A DNA stretch of 64,000 bases. It comes from Rhodocyclaceae bacterium. Lineage in GTDB: Bacteria; Pseudomonadota; Gammaproteobacteria; Burkholderiales; Rhodocyclaceae. Below, in pieces: positions 54,825 through 64,000 of the stretch. The stretch's first letter is position 1. Every line of letters begins with the position of its first letter. The stretch is from contig JASGKF010000002.1 in assembly GCA_047600765.1 (NCBI GenBank), positions 1,226,344 to 1,290,343 of the forward strand, written 5' to 3'. The translations under genes were made by a program, and so were the position numbers. The notes beneath the pieces are model-generated. The model was not told where the DNA came from, ran no database searches, and saw only the letters and a program-made list of their open reading frames with translations.

Positions 54825-55274
54825 TCAGCCCTTGCCCGTGCTGCCGAAGCCGCCCGCGCCACGGTCACTGGCGGCGAAGTCGTCAACGACGTTGAAGGCA
54901 ACTTGCAGGACCGGGATGATGACCAGCTGGGCGATGCGGTCCATGGGCTGGATCACGAAGCTGTCCTTGCCACGGTTCCAGGTCGAGACGAACAGCTGGC
55001 CCTGGTAGTCGGAATCAATCAGCCCCACAAGGTTGCCCAGCACGATGCCGTGTTTATGACCGAGGCCGGAGCGCGGCAGGATGACTGCGGCGTAGCCCGG
55101 GTCGGCGATGTGGATCGCCATGCCGGTCGGAATGAGATGCGTGTCACCCGGGTTGAGGGTTAGCGGCGCTTCCAGGGCTGCACGCAGATCGAGGCCGGCA
55201 GCGCCGGGCGTGGCGTACTGGGGCAGGGAGTCCTTGAGGCGCGGGTCGAGAATCTTGACGTCGATGGTTTTCAT
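54825..55274 (-). CDS. dut: dUTP diphosphatase
   Basis: [39 protein letters not shown]. Confidence 0.97.
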   Translation of the reverse strand: MKTIDVKILDPRLKDSLPQYATPGAAGLDLRAALEAPLTLNPGDTHLIPTGMAIHIADPGYAAVILPRSGLGHKHGIVLGNLVGLIDSDYQGQLFVSTWNRGKDSFVIQPMDRIAQLVIIPVLQVAFNVVDDFAASDRGAGGFGSTGKG

Positions 55275-55321
55275 GGCGAGGTGGGCGCACGGCCCAAAGG
55301 GGTGAAAGGTGTTCCGGGGAT

Positions 55322-56506
55322 TCAGGGCAAAAGGCTGGCCAAGTGCGCAACGATGCCGACAGCAACTTCGTCCTTGCTGGCGCGTGGCAAGGGATAGCGG
55401 CCCTTGGCGTCGTAGATGACGACCTGGTTGTTGCTGCCACCCATGCCGTCCTGTACCAGATTGCCGACCACCATCTGCAGGCGCTTGGCGACGAGCTTTC
55501 CTTGGGCGTAAGTGTCCAGGTTGGAGCTCTCCGCCGCGAAGCCGACGCAGAAGGGTGGGGCAGGCAGGGCTGCGACGTCGGCCAGGATGTCTGGGTTGCG
55601 CATCAGCTCGATGCTGAGGCGATCAGTGCTCTTCTTGATCTTCTCTGCAGACGGAGTGATGGGCCGGTAGTCCGCGACGGCTGCAACGGCGATGAAGACA
55701 TCGTGGGCGCCGACGGCGTTCATCACCACATCGCGCATGGTCTGGGCGGACTTGACGTCGATGCGTGTGACACCTGCTGGCGTCGGCAGGCTCACGGGGC
55801 CGCTGACCAGGGTGACGACCGCGCCGGCCTGCGCGCAGGCACGCGCCAGCGCGAAGCCCATGCGTCCCGAGCTGATGTTGGTGATGCCACGCACAGGGTC
55901 CAGTGCTTCGTAAGTCGGGCCCGCCGTCATGAGGATGCGGCGGCCGGCCAGCACGCGCGGCTGGAACTGCGCGCAGATGTGCTCGAAGATCTCTTCCGCT
56001 TCGAGCATGCGGCCTTCGCCAGTTTCGCCGCAGGCTTGTTCGCCCGCTGCCGGGCCAGCCATCAGCACGCCATCGTTCTTCAGCTGCGCCACGTTGCGCT
56101 GCGTCGCCGGGTTGTCCCACATCTGGCGGTTCATGGCGGGCGCCACCAGCAGGGGGCAGTCGCGTGCCAGGCACAGTGTGGTCAGCAGATCGTCGGCCAT
56201 GCCGTGCGACAGCCGCGCCATGAAATTGGCGGAGGCCGGCGCGATGACGGCGAGGTCAGCGCCACGCGTCAGGTTGATATGAGCCATGCCGTTGCTGGCC
56301 CGCTCGTCCCAGAGGTCAGTCCAGACGGCCTTGCCGGACAACGCCTGGAAGGTCAGTGGCGTGACGAACCGGGTAGCCGCTTCGGTCATCACGACCTGCA
56401 CGTCCGCATCCGCCTTGACGAGCAGACGCGTCAGTTCAGCCGCCTTGTAGGCCGCGATGCCGCCCGTAATGCCCAGTACGATGGTCTTGCCCGTCAGTGC
56501 GGCCAT
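55322..56506 (-). CDS. coaBC: Phosphopantothenoylcysteine decarboxylase/ligase
   Basis: [61 protein letters not shown]. Confidence 0.97.
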   Translation of the reverse strand: MAALTGKTIVLGITGGIAAYKAAELTRLLVKADADVQVVMTEAATRFVTPLTFQALSGKAVWTDLWDERASNGMAHINLTRGADLAVIAPASANFMARLSHGMADDLLTTLCLARDCPLLVAPAMNRQMWDNPATQRNVAQLKNDGVLMAGPAAGEQACGETGEGRMLEAEEIFEHICAQFQPRVLAGRRILMTAGPTYEALDPVRGITNISSGRMGFALARACAQAGAVVTLVSGPVSLPTPAGVTRIDVKSAQTMRDVVMNAVGAHDVFIAVAAVADYRPITPSAEKIKKSTDRLSIELMRNPDILADVAALPAPPFCVGFAAESSNLDTYAQGKLVAKRLQMVVGNLVQDGMGGSNNQVVIYDAKGRYPLPRASKDEVAVGIVAHLASLLP

Positions 56507-56562
56507 GCCTTGCGCTCAATTGACAGAGAATCCGCGCATTCTATCGTCTGGAGTCTGCACAA

Positions 56563-57240
56563 GTGTCCATCACCGACTGGCCCGAGCTGGAGCGTCCGCG
56601 AGAGCGCCTGATCGCGCAGGGTGCAGCGGCCTTGTCGGACGCTGAACTGCTGGCCATCTTCCTGCGGGTGGGGATCCGCGGCAAAAGCGCCGTCGATCTG
56701 GCACGCGATCTGTTGGGGCATTTTGGCAGCCTCAACCACCTGTTTGCAGCCTCCCCTGATGCCCTGCAGGCCATTCCCGGCATGGGCATGGCCAAGTACG
56801 CCCAGTTGCAGGCGGTACTCGAGATGTCGCGCCGTGCGCTGGGTGAGACCCTGCGCGAGCGTGACATGCTGGGTTCGCCCGAGGCCGTGCGGGACTGGCT
56901 GCGCTTGCGGCTGGCAGGGCTGCCGCACGAGGTATTCATGGTGCTGATGCTCGATGCGCAGAACCGCCTCATCGAAGCCGTCGAGCTGTTCCGCGGAACG
57001 CTGACCCAGACCAGCGTCTATCCCCGCGAGGTCGTCAAGCTGGCTCTGGCACACAATGCGGCAGCCGTGATCCTCGCGCACAATCATCCCTCAGGCATGG
57101 CCGAGCCCAGCCACGCGGACGAGCTGCTGACACGCAGTCTCAAGCAGGCGCTGGCTATGGTGGATGTGCGGACGCTGGACCATTTCGTCGTGGCGGGCGC
57201 AGGGCGGCCGCTGTCCTTTGCCGAGCGCGGCCTGCTCTGA
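56563..57240 (+). CDS. radC: RadC family JAB-domain protein
   Basis: [35 protein letters not shown]. Confidence 0.95.
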   Translation: MSITDWPELERPRERLIAQGAAALSDAELLAIFLRVGIRGKSAVDLARDLLGHFGSLNHLFAASPDALQAIPGMGMAKYAQLQAVLEMSRRALGETLRERDMLGSPEAVRDWLRLRLAGLPHEVFMVLMLDAQNRLIEAVELFRGTLTQTSVYPREVVKLALAHNAAAVILAHNHPSGMAEPSHADELLTRSLKQALAMVDVRTLDHFVVAGAGRPLSFAERGLL

Positions 57241-57263
57241 CGCTGACAGGAGCTAAAACAGGC

Positions 57264-57293
57264 TTGCTCTGGCTGTGAAAGTCCTTGTATAAT
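57264..57293 (+). promoter_or_regulatory. Sigma70 promoter of rpmB-rpmG
   Basis: TTGCTC-N18-TATAAT about 95 nt upstream of rpmB. Confidence 0.6.
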
Positions 57294-57388
57294 CGGCGGC
57301 TTTCCCGAGATTGGCTCGTCCTGAAGAGGTCGGGCGCAGGGTCCGGGGTAACAGAACACACAGAGTTTGCAAGGTTCAGGAGCGAGAA

Positions 57389-57625
57389 ATGTCTCGAGTT
57401 TGTATCGTTACGGGCAAGGGCCCGATGGTGGGCAACAACGTGTCCCACGCCAACAACAAGACCAAGCGTCGTTTTCTGCCCAACCTGCAGAGCCGTCGTT
57501 TCTGGGTTGAATCCGAAAACCGTTTCGTGAGCCTGCGCGTTTCGAACGCCGGCCTGCGTACCATCGACAAGCGCGGCATTGAAGTCGTGCTGGCTGAGCT
57601 GCGCGAGCGCGGCGAGCGCGTCTGA
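57389..57625 (+). CDS. rpmB: 50S ribosomal protein L28
   Basis: [33 protein letters not shown]. Confidence 0.98.
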   Translation: MSRVCIVTGKGPMVGNNVSHANNKTKRRFLPNLQSRRFWVESENRFVSLRVSNAGLRTIDKRGIEVVLAELRERGERV

Positions 57626-57646
57626 GCTGACAAGGAGCAATAAAAA

Positions 57647-57814
57647 ATGGCAAAAGGCGGACGCGAAAAGATCAAGCTGGAATCCACTGCGGGTACCGGC
57701 CACTTCTACACCACCAACAAGAACAAGCGCACCACTCCGGAAAAGCTTGAGTTCATGAAATACGACCCGGTTGCTCGCAAGCACGTGGCGTACAAGGAAA
57801 CCAAGCTCAAGTGA
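57647..57814 (+). CDS. rpmG: 50S ribosomal protein L33 (below the ORF-track cutoff)
   Basis: Manual translation [55 protein letters not shown]. Confidence 0.98.
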   Translation: MAKGGREKIKLESTAGTGHFYTTNKNKRTTPEKLEFMKYDPVARKHVAYKETKLK

Positions 57815-57863
57815 GTTAAGTGTTTCGCGCCGGCCAGGCCGGACGAAGCATTGGTTGCACCAG

Positions 57864-57887
57864 AAACCCGCCACATGGCGGGTTTTT
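57864..57887 (+). terminator. Intrinsic terminator after rpmG
   Basis: AAACCCGCCACATGGCGGGTTTTT hairpin followed by a U-tract. Confidence 0.85.
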
Positions 57888-57929
57888 GCATTTTTTCTCC
57901 CGGAATCATCACCCGAACCTGGTGTTGCC

Positions 57930-59003
57930 ATGAGCCACGCATCGACTGAAAACCTTAATGTCGCGTCTTTCGATCACATGCCCTCGCCGGCCGAGATCAA
58001 GGCGCGTGTGCCGCTGACCGATTCGGCCGCACTGACCGTTACCGAAGGCCGCCGCACGCTGCAGCGCCTGCTGGATCGTCAGGATCCACGCTTCCTCGTG
58101 ATCGTCGGGCCGTGCTCGATCCACGATCCCTCGGCCGGTCTGGAATACGCACGCCGCCTGCGTCAGCTGTCGGAAGAGCTGTCCGAAACGCTGTGCATCG
58201 TGATGCGCGTGTACTTCGAGAAGCCGCGTACCTCGACGGGCTGGAAGGGCTTCATCAACGATCCGCGCATGGACGACTCTTTCCATATCGAAGAGGGCAT
58301 GGAACGCGGACGCCGCTTCCTGCTGGACGTGGCCGAGTTCGGCCTGCCGGCAGCCACCGAAGCGCTGGATCCGATCGCGCCGCAGTACTACGGCGACCTC
58401 GTGAGCTGGACGGCCATCGGCGCGCGCACGGCGGAATCGCAGACGCACCGCGAGATGGCTTCGGGCCTGTCGACACCGGTGGGCTTCAAGAACAGCACAG
58501 ACGGTTCGCTCGATGCGGCCGTCAATGGCGTGCTGTCGGCCTCGCGCCCGCACAGCTTCCTCGGCCTCAACGAGGCGGGCGAGGCGGCCATCATCCGTAC
58601 GCGAGGCAATCGTTACGCGCACACGGTGCTGCGTGGTGGTGGTGGACGTCCAAACTACGATACGGTGTCGGTGTCGCTCGCTGAACAGGCATTGGCCAAG
58701 GCCAAGCTGCCGCAGAACATCATCATCGATTGTTCACACGCCAACTCCTGGAAGAAGCCCGAGCTGCAACCGCTGGTGATGCGCGATGTGGTCGGCCAGG
58801 TTGTCGCTGGCAACAAGTCCATCGTCGGCGTGATGATCGAGAGCTTCCTGCAGGACGGTAGCCAGCCGATTCCCGAGAACCTGTCCGAGCTGAAGTACGG
58901 CTGCTCCGTTACCGATGCCTGCATCGGTTGGGAAACCACGGAAACCCTTTTGCGTGAAAGTTGCGCTGCCCTCAAGGGCGTAGTGGCTGCCCGCGCGCGC
59001 TAA
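57930..59003 (+). CDS. 3-deoxy-7-phosphoheptulonate (DAHP) synthase, class I-alpha
   Basis: VGPCSIHD, MRVYFEKPRT, GWKGFINDP, AIGARTAESQTHREMASG, GFKN, DCSHANS; AroF/G/H subtype not resolvable. Confidence 0.95.
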   Translation: MSHASTENLNVASFDHMPSPAEIKARVPLTDSAALTVTEGRRTLQRLLDRQDPRFLVIVGPCSIHDPSAGLEYARRLRQLSEELSETLCIVMRVYFEKPRTSTGWKGFINDPRMDDSFHIEEGMERGRRFLLDVAEFGLPAATEALDPIAPQYYGDLVSWTAIGARTAESQTHREMASGLSTPVGFKNSTDGSLDAAVNGVLSASRPHSFLGLNEAGEAAIIRTRGNRYAHTVLRGGGGRPNYDTVSVSLAEQALAKAKLPQNIIIDCSHANSWKKPELQPLVMRDVVGQVVAGNKSIVGVMIESFLQDGSQPIPENLSELKYGCSVTDACIGWETTETLLRESCAALKGVVAARAR

Positions 59004-59034
59004 TCAGTACGTCCATCATCGAGAAAGAAAACGC

Positions 59035-60273
59035 ATGCATCTGATTCAAGCTTTTGCCGGTCTGCGTCCCGCTGCCGGTCGTGCACCGGAAATCGTGGCG
59101 CCTCCGTACGACGTGCTGTCCAGCGACGAAGCGCGCGATCGCGCCGCAGGCAAGCCCTGGAGCTTCCTGCATATCTCGAAGCCCGAGATCGACCTGCCGC
59201 CGGGCACTGACATTTACTCGGCCGCTGTGTACGCCAAGGCTGCCGAAAACCTGCAGAAGATGATCGATGCTGGCGTGCTGGTGCGTGACGCCGGCGCCTG
59301 CTACTACGTCTATCGCATCATCATGGGTAAGCACGTGCAGACCGGTCTGGTTGCGGCGGCGTCCGTGGCTGATTACGACAAGAACCGTATCAAGCGTCAC
59401 GAACTCACGCGTCCGGACAAGGAAGATGACCGTGTGCGCCAGATCGAAGCGCTGAGTGCGCAGACCGGCCCTGTGCTGCTGGCTTATCCGAAGGCGCCCG
59501 CCGTGGATGCCATCCTGAAGGCTGCGACGACGACCGAGCCGGTCGCCGATGCCGTGGCTGACGATGCCATCCGCCACACAGTGTGGGCGATCAGCGACGA
59601 GGCAACGATCGCCAAGTTGACGGCTGAATTCGATGCCATGCATGCGCTCTACATTGCTGACGGCCACCACCGTTCAGCTGCCGCATCGCGCGTCGCTGCG
59701 GCACGCAAGGCGGCGAATCCGTCGCACACCGGCAATGAGTCCTACAACTACTTCCTGTCCGTGATCTTCCCCGATCACGAACTGGCCATCCTCGACTACA
59801 ACCGCGTCGTGACCGACCTCAATGGTCTGAGCGAAGCGCAGCTTGTCGAGCGCATCGGTGCGGCGTTCTCGGTGGAGAAGGCGGCTGCTCAGGTGAAGCC
59901 CTCGAAGCACGGTGAAGTCGGCATGTTTCTGAAGGGTCAGTGGTACCGCTTGCAGGTCAAGGCCGAGCTGGTGCCGCAGGATCCGGTGGCGCGTCTCGAC
60001 GTGAGCCTGCTGTCCGATCACCTGCTGACGCCCATCCTCGGCATCGCTGACCTGCGCCGCGACAAGCGCATCGATTTCGTGGGTGGCATCCGTGGTTTGC
60101 CGGAACTCGAAAAGCGTGTGAACTCGGGCGAGATGGCCGTGGCCTTCGCGATGTATCCGACCACGCTGGCCGACCTCATGGCTGTCGCCGATGCCGACCA
60201 AATCATGCCGCCCAAGTCGACCTGGTTCGAGCCCAAGCTGGCTGACGGTCTGCTGTCGCACGTGATTGGCTGA
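59035..60273 (+). CDS. DUF1015 family protein
   Basis: PPYDV, IKRHELTRPDKE, YIADGHHRSAAA, IMPPKSTWFEPKL. Confidence 0.9.
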   Translation: MHLIQAFAGLRPAAGRAPEIVAPPYDVLSSDEARDRAAGKPWSFLHISKPEIDLPPGTDIYSAAVYAKAAENLQKMIDAGVLVRDAGACYYVYRIIMGKHVQTGLVAAASVADYDKNRIKRHELTRPDKEDDRVRQIEALSAQTGPVLLAYPKAPAVDAILKAATTTEPVADAVADDAIRHTVWAISDEATIAKLTAEFDAMHALYIADGHHRSAAASRVAAARKAANPSHTGNESYNYFLSVIFPDHELAILDYNRVVTDLNGLSEAQLVERIGAAFSVEKAAAQVKPSKHGEVGMFLKGQWYRLQVKAELVPQDPVARLDVSLLSDHLLTPILGIADLRRDKRIDFVGGIRGLPELEKRVNSGEMAVAFAMYPTTLADLMAVADADQIMPPKSTWFEPKLADGLLSHVIG

Positions 60274-60375
60274 GCACGGAGGCGCAAGCCCACGCGTGGG
60301 GTTTGCGCCGATTGCTCCGGTGCTGTGACGGCGCTGTAATCAGCGCTCGTTTTGCGCTTCTGCAGTGAGGGTTTC

Positions 60376-61302
60376 ATGGCCGGTACTGCTTTCATCACCC
60401 ATCCTGATTGCTGGCTGCACAACATGGGGGGCCAGCATCCCGAGTCACCGGATCGCCTTTCGGCGATCCGCGACCGGCTGATCGCATCCGGGCTGGAGAT
60501 GTACCTCGAAAACGTTGAGGCGCCCGAAGCCTCCATCGACGAGCTGCAGCGCGCGCATTCGCCGGCCTACATCCGCGCGTTGATTGAATCCCTGCCCGAG
60601 CGCGGCATCGTGCACCTCGATCCGGACACGGCGATGTGCCCGCACACGCTCAAGGCCGCCTTGCGCGCTGCCGGCGCCGGCATCAAGGCCACCGACATGG
60701 TGATGCGTGGCGAGGTCGATAGTGCCTTCTGTGCTGTGCGCCCGCCTGGACACCATGCTGAACGCGGGCAGGCCATGGGGTTCTGCTTCTTCAACAATAT
60801 CGCCGTCGCGGCACGCCATGCGCTCGAAGTGCATGGGCTGGAGCGCGTGGCCATCGTCAACTTCGACGTGCATCACGGCAATGGCACCGAGGACATCTTC
60901 GTAAACGATCCGCGCGTGCTGATGGTGAGCTTTTTCCAGTACCCGCTGTATCCCTACTGTGGTGTGCCGCCGCGCAGCGACAACATGCTTAACACGCCTT
61001 TACCGGCGGCCACGCGCGGCGATGCCGTGCGCAGCTTGCTGACAGAGAGCTGGCTGCCCGCGCTGACGGAATTCCAGCCGCAGATGCTGTTCATCTCTGC
61101 GGGTTTCGACGCGCATTACGAGGACGACATGGCCTCGATGGGCCTTCTCGATGCGGACTACGCCTGGATCAGCGAGCAACTACGTGGTTTCGCCGAGCAG
61201 CACTGTCAGGGACGCATCGTGTCGATGCTGGAAGGCGGTTACGCCCTGTCTGCACTGGGGCGCAGCGTGACCGCCCATATCAAGGCCATCGCAGGGCTCT
61301 GA
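60376..61302 (+). CDS. Histone deacetylase family (class II-like) amidohydrolase
   Basis: [44 protein letters not shown]. Confidence 0.92.
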   Translation: MAGTAFITHPDCWLHNMGGQHPESPDRLSAIRDRLIASGLEMYLENVEAPEASIDELQRAHSPAYIRALIESLPERGIVHLDPDTAMCPHTLKAALRAAGAGIKATDMVMRGEVDSAFCAVRPPGHHAERGQAMGFCFFNNIAVAARHALEVHGLERVAIVNFDVHHGNGTEDIFVNDPRVLMVSFFQYPLYPYCGVPPRSDNMLNTPLPAATRGDAVRSLLTESWLPALTEFQPQMLFISAGFDAHYEDDMASMGLLDADYAWISEQLRGFAEQHCQGRIVSMLEGGYALSALGRSVTAHIKAIAGL

Positions 61303-61352
61303 CCGGGGGCTTCGGGTACAATGGCGGATTCGTTTTTTCGAGCTTGCAAGAC

Positions 61353-62231
61353 ATGCTGACAGGTTCTCTCGTCGCCCTGATTACGCCCTTCCTGGAGGAC
61401 GGCCAGATCGATTGGCCGCGCTTCCGTGCGCTCATCGATTTCCATGTGCGCGAGGGAACGGACGGGCTGGTGATCGTCGGTACGACCGGGGAGTCGCCGA
61501 CGGTGGATGTCGAGGAACACTGCGCGCTGATCCGCGTTGCCGTCGAGCATGCTGCAGGCCGTATTCCCGTCATCGCCGGTACGGGCGCCAACTCCACGTC
61601 CGAAGCCATCGAGCTGACGCGTTTCGCCAAGGAAGTCGGCGCCGTCGCAGGCCTGTCGGTCGTGCCGTACTACAACCGTCCGACGCAGGAAGGCATGTAC
61701 CAGCACTTCAAGGCCATCGCCGAAGCGGTCAACCTGCCCGTGATCCTCTACAACGTGCCCGGCCGTACCGTGGCCGACATGCAGAATGACACCGTGCTGC
61801 GCCTCGCGCAGGTGCCGGGCATCATCGGCATCAAGGACGCTACCGGCAACATCGAGCGCATCACCGATCTGGCGATGCGTGCGCCCAAGGGCTTTGTGCT
61901 CTACACCGGTGACGATATGGCTGTGATGCCTTTCATCCTGCTCGGTGGTCACGGTGTGATTTCGGTGTCGGCCAATGTGGCACCGCGCCTGATGCATGAC
62001 CTGTGTGTGGCAGCGAGTGCTGGCAATGTCGCCAAGGCGCTCGAACTGAACCGGAAACTTTTCCTCCTCAACCGCGATCTCTTCGTCGAGGCCAATCCCA
62101 TTCCCGTGAAGTGGGCCTGCGCCGAGATGGGGATGGTCGGCCACACGCTGCGTCTGCCGCTGACGCCGCTGTCCCCGCAATTCCATGACCGTATCCGTGC
62201 TGCCATGCGAGCAGCCGGCGCGCTCAACTGA
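61353..62231 (+). CDS. dapA: 4-hydroxy-tetrahydrodipicolinate synthase
   Basis: [41 protein letters not shown]. Confidence 0.97.
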   Translation: MLTGSLVALITPFLEDGQIDWPRFRALIDFHVREGTDGLVIVGTTGESPTVDVEEHCALIRVAVEHAAGRIPVIAGTGANSTSEAIELTRFAKEVGAVAGLSVVPYYNRPTQEGMYQHFKAIAEAVNLPVILYNVPGRTVADMQNDTVLRLAQVPGIIGIKDATGNIERITDLAMRAPKGFVLYTGDDMAVMPFILLGGHGVISVSANVAPRLMHDLCVAASAGNVAKALELNRKLFLLNRDLFVEANPIPVKWACAEMGMVGHTLRLPLTPLSPQFHDRIRAAMRAAGALN

Positions 62232-62241
62232 AAGGAAATCG

Positions 62242-63387
62242 ATGATGTTCCGTTTCGTCTCCGCTCGCGGAAGCCTGACCCTGTCTGCTTGCGCGCTGGC
62301 ACTGTTGTTGTCGGCCTGTGCTTCGGACAAGGAGCCGGTGTATCGCAGCGACTCCAAACGCGTAGACAATCGGCCGACCCGATCCCTCGAAGTGCCGCCT
62401 GATCTGATCACGCCGACGCGTGACGAGCGTCTGCAGACTGCCGACCCACGTCGCGCCTCGGCAACTGCGTCGGGTCAGCAGGCAGCCGCACAACAGGCTC
62501 AGCTAGCCAAACCCGGTACGGCAACCTCACCAGACAAATCCGGCAACGCACGTGTCGTCAAGGCGGGAGCCCAGAAATGGCTGGTGGTCAACGGAACTGC
62601 TGATACGGTCTGGCCGCAGGTGCGCAAGTTCTGGGAGGATCTTGGTTTCGCCATTGAAAGTGACAATGCCAAAACCTTTGTCATGGAGACCGATTGGGCC
62701 GAGAAGCGCGTCAAGGGGGGCATCGGCATGTTCCTGAATGCGCCCCTGATCCGGACGCTGACAGGTGGTCTGGATAAAGACAAGTTCCGTACGCGGCTTG
62801 AGTCCGGGGCCGAGCCGGGCACCATCGAGATCTACATCAGTCATCGTGGTCTTGAACAGACAGATCTTTCCAATCGAGATGCCACTTTGGGTTGGCTGAC
62901 GCGCCCAGCTGATCCGTCAATGGAGCTCGACATGCTCCGCCGCATGATGATCGCATTCGGTGCCGAGGAGACTGTGGCGAATCAGGCTGTGGCCATGCAG
63001 GCCGCGCCCGACAAGGCACGTCTTGGTGTGGCGGCAGACGGGGCGCAGCAACTGGTTGTAGATGACCAGCTTGATCGAGCATGGCGTCAGATTGGCTTGA
63101 GCCTGGATCGCATCGGCATGGTGGTCGAAGATCGTGATCGTTCCAAGGGTTACTACTTCGTGCGTTACATCACCGATGTGGATCTCGAAGGCAAGCCCTC
63201 CAAGGGCTGGTTCTCCTGGTTGAATTTCTGGAGCAGTGACAAGCCTGCAGATACGGACTTGTTCCGCATCAGCGTTGCGGCGGAAGGTGACAAGACTGTA
63301 GTACGCGTTGCCAATCGCACCGGTGGTGTTGCCGCACCAGCGTCGGTCAAGCGCATTCTTGGCCTGCTGCATACCGAGCTGCGCTAA
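62242..63387 (+). CDS. bamC: Outer-membrane assembly lipoprotein BamC (NlpB/DapX)
   Basis: Lipobox LSAC, LEVPPDL, METDWAE, DKFRTRLE, VEDRDRSKGYYFVRY; follows dapA. Confidence 0.88.
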   Translation: MMFRFVSARGSLTLSACALALLLSACASDKEPVYRSDSKRVDNRPTRSLEVPPDLITPTRDERLQTADPRRASATASGQQAAAQQAQLAKPGTATSPDKSGNARVVKAGAQKWLVVNGTADTVWPQVRKFWEDLGFAIESDNAKTFVMETDWAEKRVKGGIGMFLNAPLIRTLTGGLDKDKFRTRLESGAEPGTIEIYISHRGLEQTDLSNRDATLGWLTRPADPSMELDMLRRMMIAFGAEETVANQAVAMQAAPDKARLGVAADGAQQLVVDDQLDRAWRQIGLSLDRIGMVVEDRDRSKGYYFVRYITDVDLEGKPSKGWFSWLNFWSSDKPADTDLFRISVAAEGDKTVVRVANRTGGVAAPASVKRILGLLHTELR

Positions 63388-63411
63388 CCATTCGCAGGTC
63401 GCATGGTTGGC

Positions 63412-64000
63412 ATGACTGCAGAACCTTCTGCTGGCGTGCCCACACATTCTGAATCCGCTGCTGCGGAGATCTGTTACCACTGCGGCCTGCCTTTGCCCCG
63501 TGAGGCGCGCTGGCAGGTCGTCATCGATGGCGCGTCGCGCCAGATGTGTTGCGCCGGTTGCGAGGCCGTGGCTTCGGCAATCGTCGCAGGTGGTCTCGCT
63601 GATTACTATCGTCATCGCGCCAGCCTGCCGGAGTCTCCCCGCGAGGCCATTCCGGAGTCCCTTGCTTCACTGAGCCTGTTCGACAATCCCGGTTTCCAAC
63701 AGGGTTTCGTTCGCCCCATGGGTGACGACGAACGCGAGGCAGACCTCATTCTCGAAGGCATCACCTGCGCAGCCTGCGTATGGCTCAACGAACGCCACCT
63801 CGCGGGCTTGCCGGGCGTGACGGCGGTGCATACCAATTTCGCCACCCGCCGTGCGCGGGTGCGCTGGCGTGACGGCCCGGGTGAGGGACGGACGAAGTTG
63901 TCCAGCGTCCTCGCGGCAGTGACGGCAATCGGTTATCGCGCCTGGCCCTATGACCCGCAACGCAGTGAAGAGGTCGCCGCGCGTGAGCGCAAGACGGCGT
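63412..64000 (+). CDS. Heavy-metal P-type ATPase, CcoI/FixI type (5' part, truncated by the window edge)
   Basis: Manual translation: CYHCGLP...MCCAGCEAVA...GLADYYRHR and LEGITCAACVWLNE; start at 63403 or 63412. Confidence 0.9.
   Translation, partial: MTAEPSAGVPTHSESAAAEICYHCGLPLPREARWQVVIDGASRQMCCAGCEAVASAIVAGGLADYYRHRASLPESPREAIPESLASLSLFDNPGFQQGFVRPMGDDEREADLILEGITCAACVWLNERHLAGLPGVTAVHTNFATRRARVRWRDGPGEGRTKLSSVLAAVTAIGYRAWPYDPQRSEEVAARERKTA

Noticed and set aside
56563-57240. radC as a marker of an integrative or mobile element
   Set aside because: It is full-length RadC in the conserved coaBC-radC-rpmB-rpmG context, with no integrase, transposase or att repeats seen.
60281-60309. Hairpin GGCGCAAGCCCAC-GC-GTGGGGTTTGCGCC after DUF1015 as a REP element or sRNA
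   Set aside because: It is a single imperfect copy with no U-tract and no second copy noticed, so there is not enough support for a call.

Overview
High-GC betaproteobacterial chromosome segment (Rhodocyclales-like gene content). All family names below come from recognising motifs and gene order, not from database searches. Bases 1-6925 hold housekeeping and signalling genes: tesA/ybbA, a FAH-family protein, a LemA plus EF-hand membrane protein pair, an HDOD protein, an AcuI/YhdH oxidoreductase and a frameshifted REC-GGDEF gene. About 7.0-49.6 kb is a large exosortase A (XrtA)/PEP-CTERM exopolysaccharide locus. Its core is a sigma54-driven PEP-CTERM gene, an RCC1-repeat polyserine lipoprotein, the export/chain-length/kinase/OM protein/ATPase genes, xrtA, an amidotransferase, four GT4s, a GT2 and a flippase. 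It also carries unusually many tailoring modules: an AlgD-like dehydrogenase, three deacetylase domains, three GNAT/FemAB proteins, an ACP + AMP-ligase + BtrK-like decarboxylase + hydrolase pair, three GT-C-like membrane proteins, a HAD-UbiA fusion with an EamA flippase, and MBOAT/SGNH. The O-glycosylation ligase/polymerase gene is broken by a G9 tract, and G8 would restore it (possible phase variation). Beyond argB lies a 785-aa orphan lipoprotein with PcRGLX/PL26-like lyase architecture. Its 5' region contains a GEMM (c-di-GMP-I-like) riboswitch candidate with A at the G20-equivalent position. The rest is core genome: nudB, barstar/RNase, dut, coaBC, radC, rpmB, rpmG, DAHP synthase, DUF1015, an HDAC-family protein, dapA, bamC and a partial CcoI/FixI-type ATPase.
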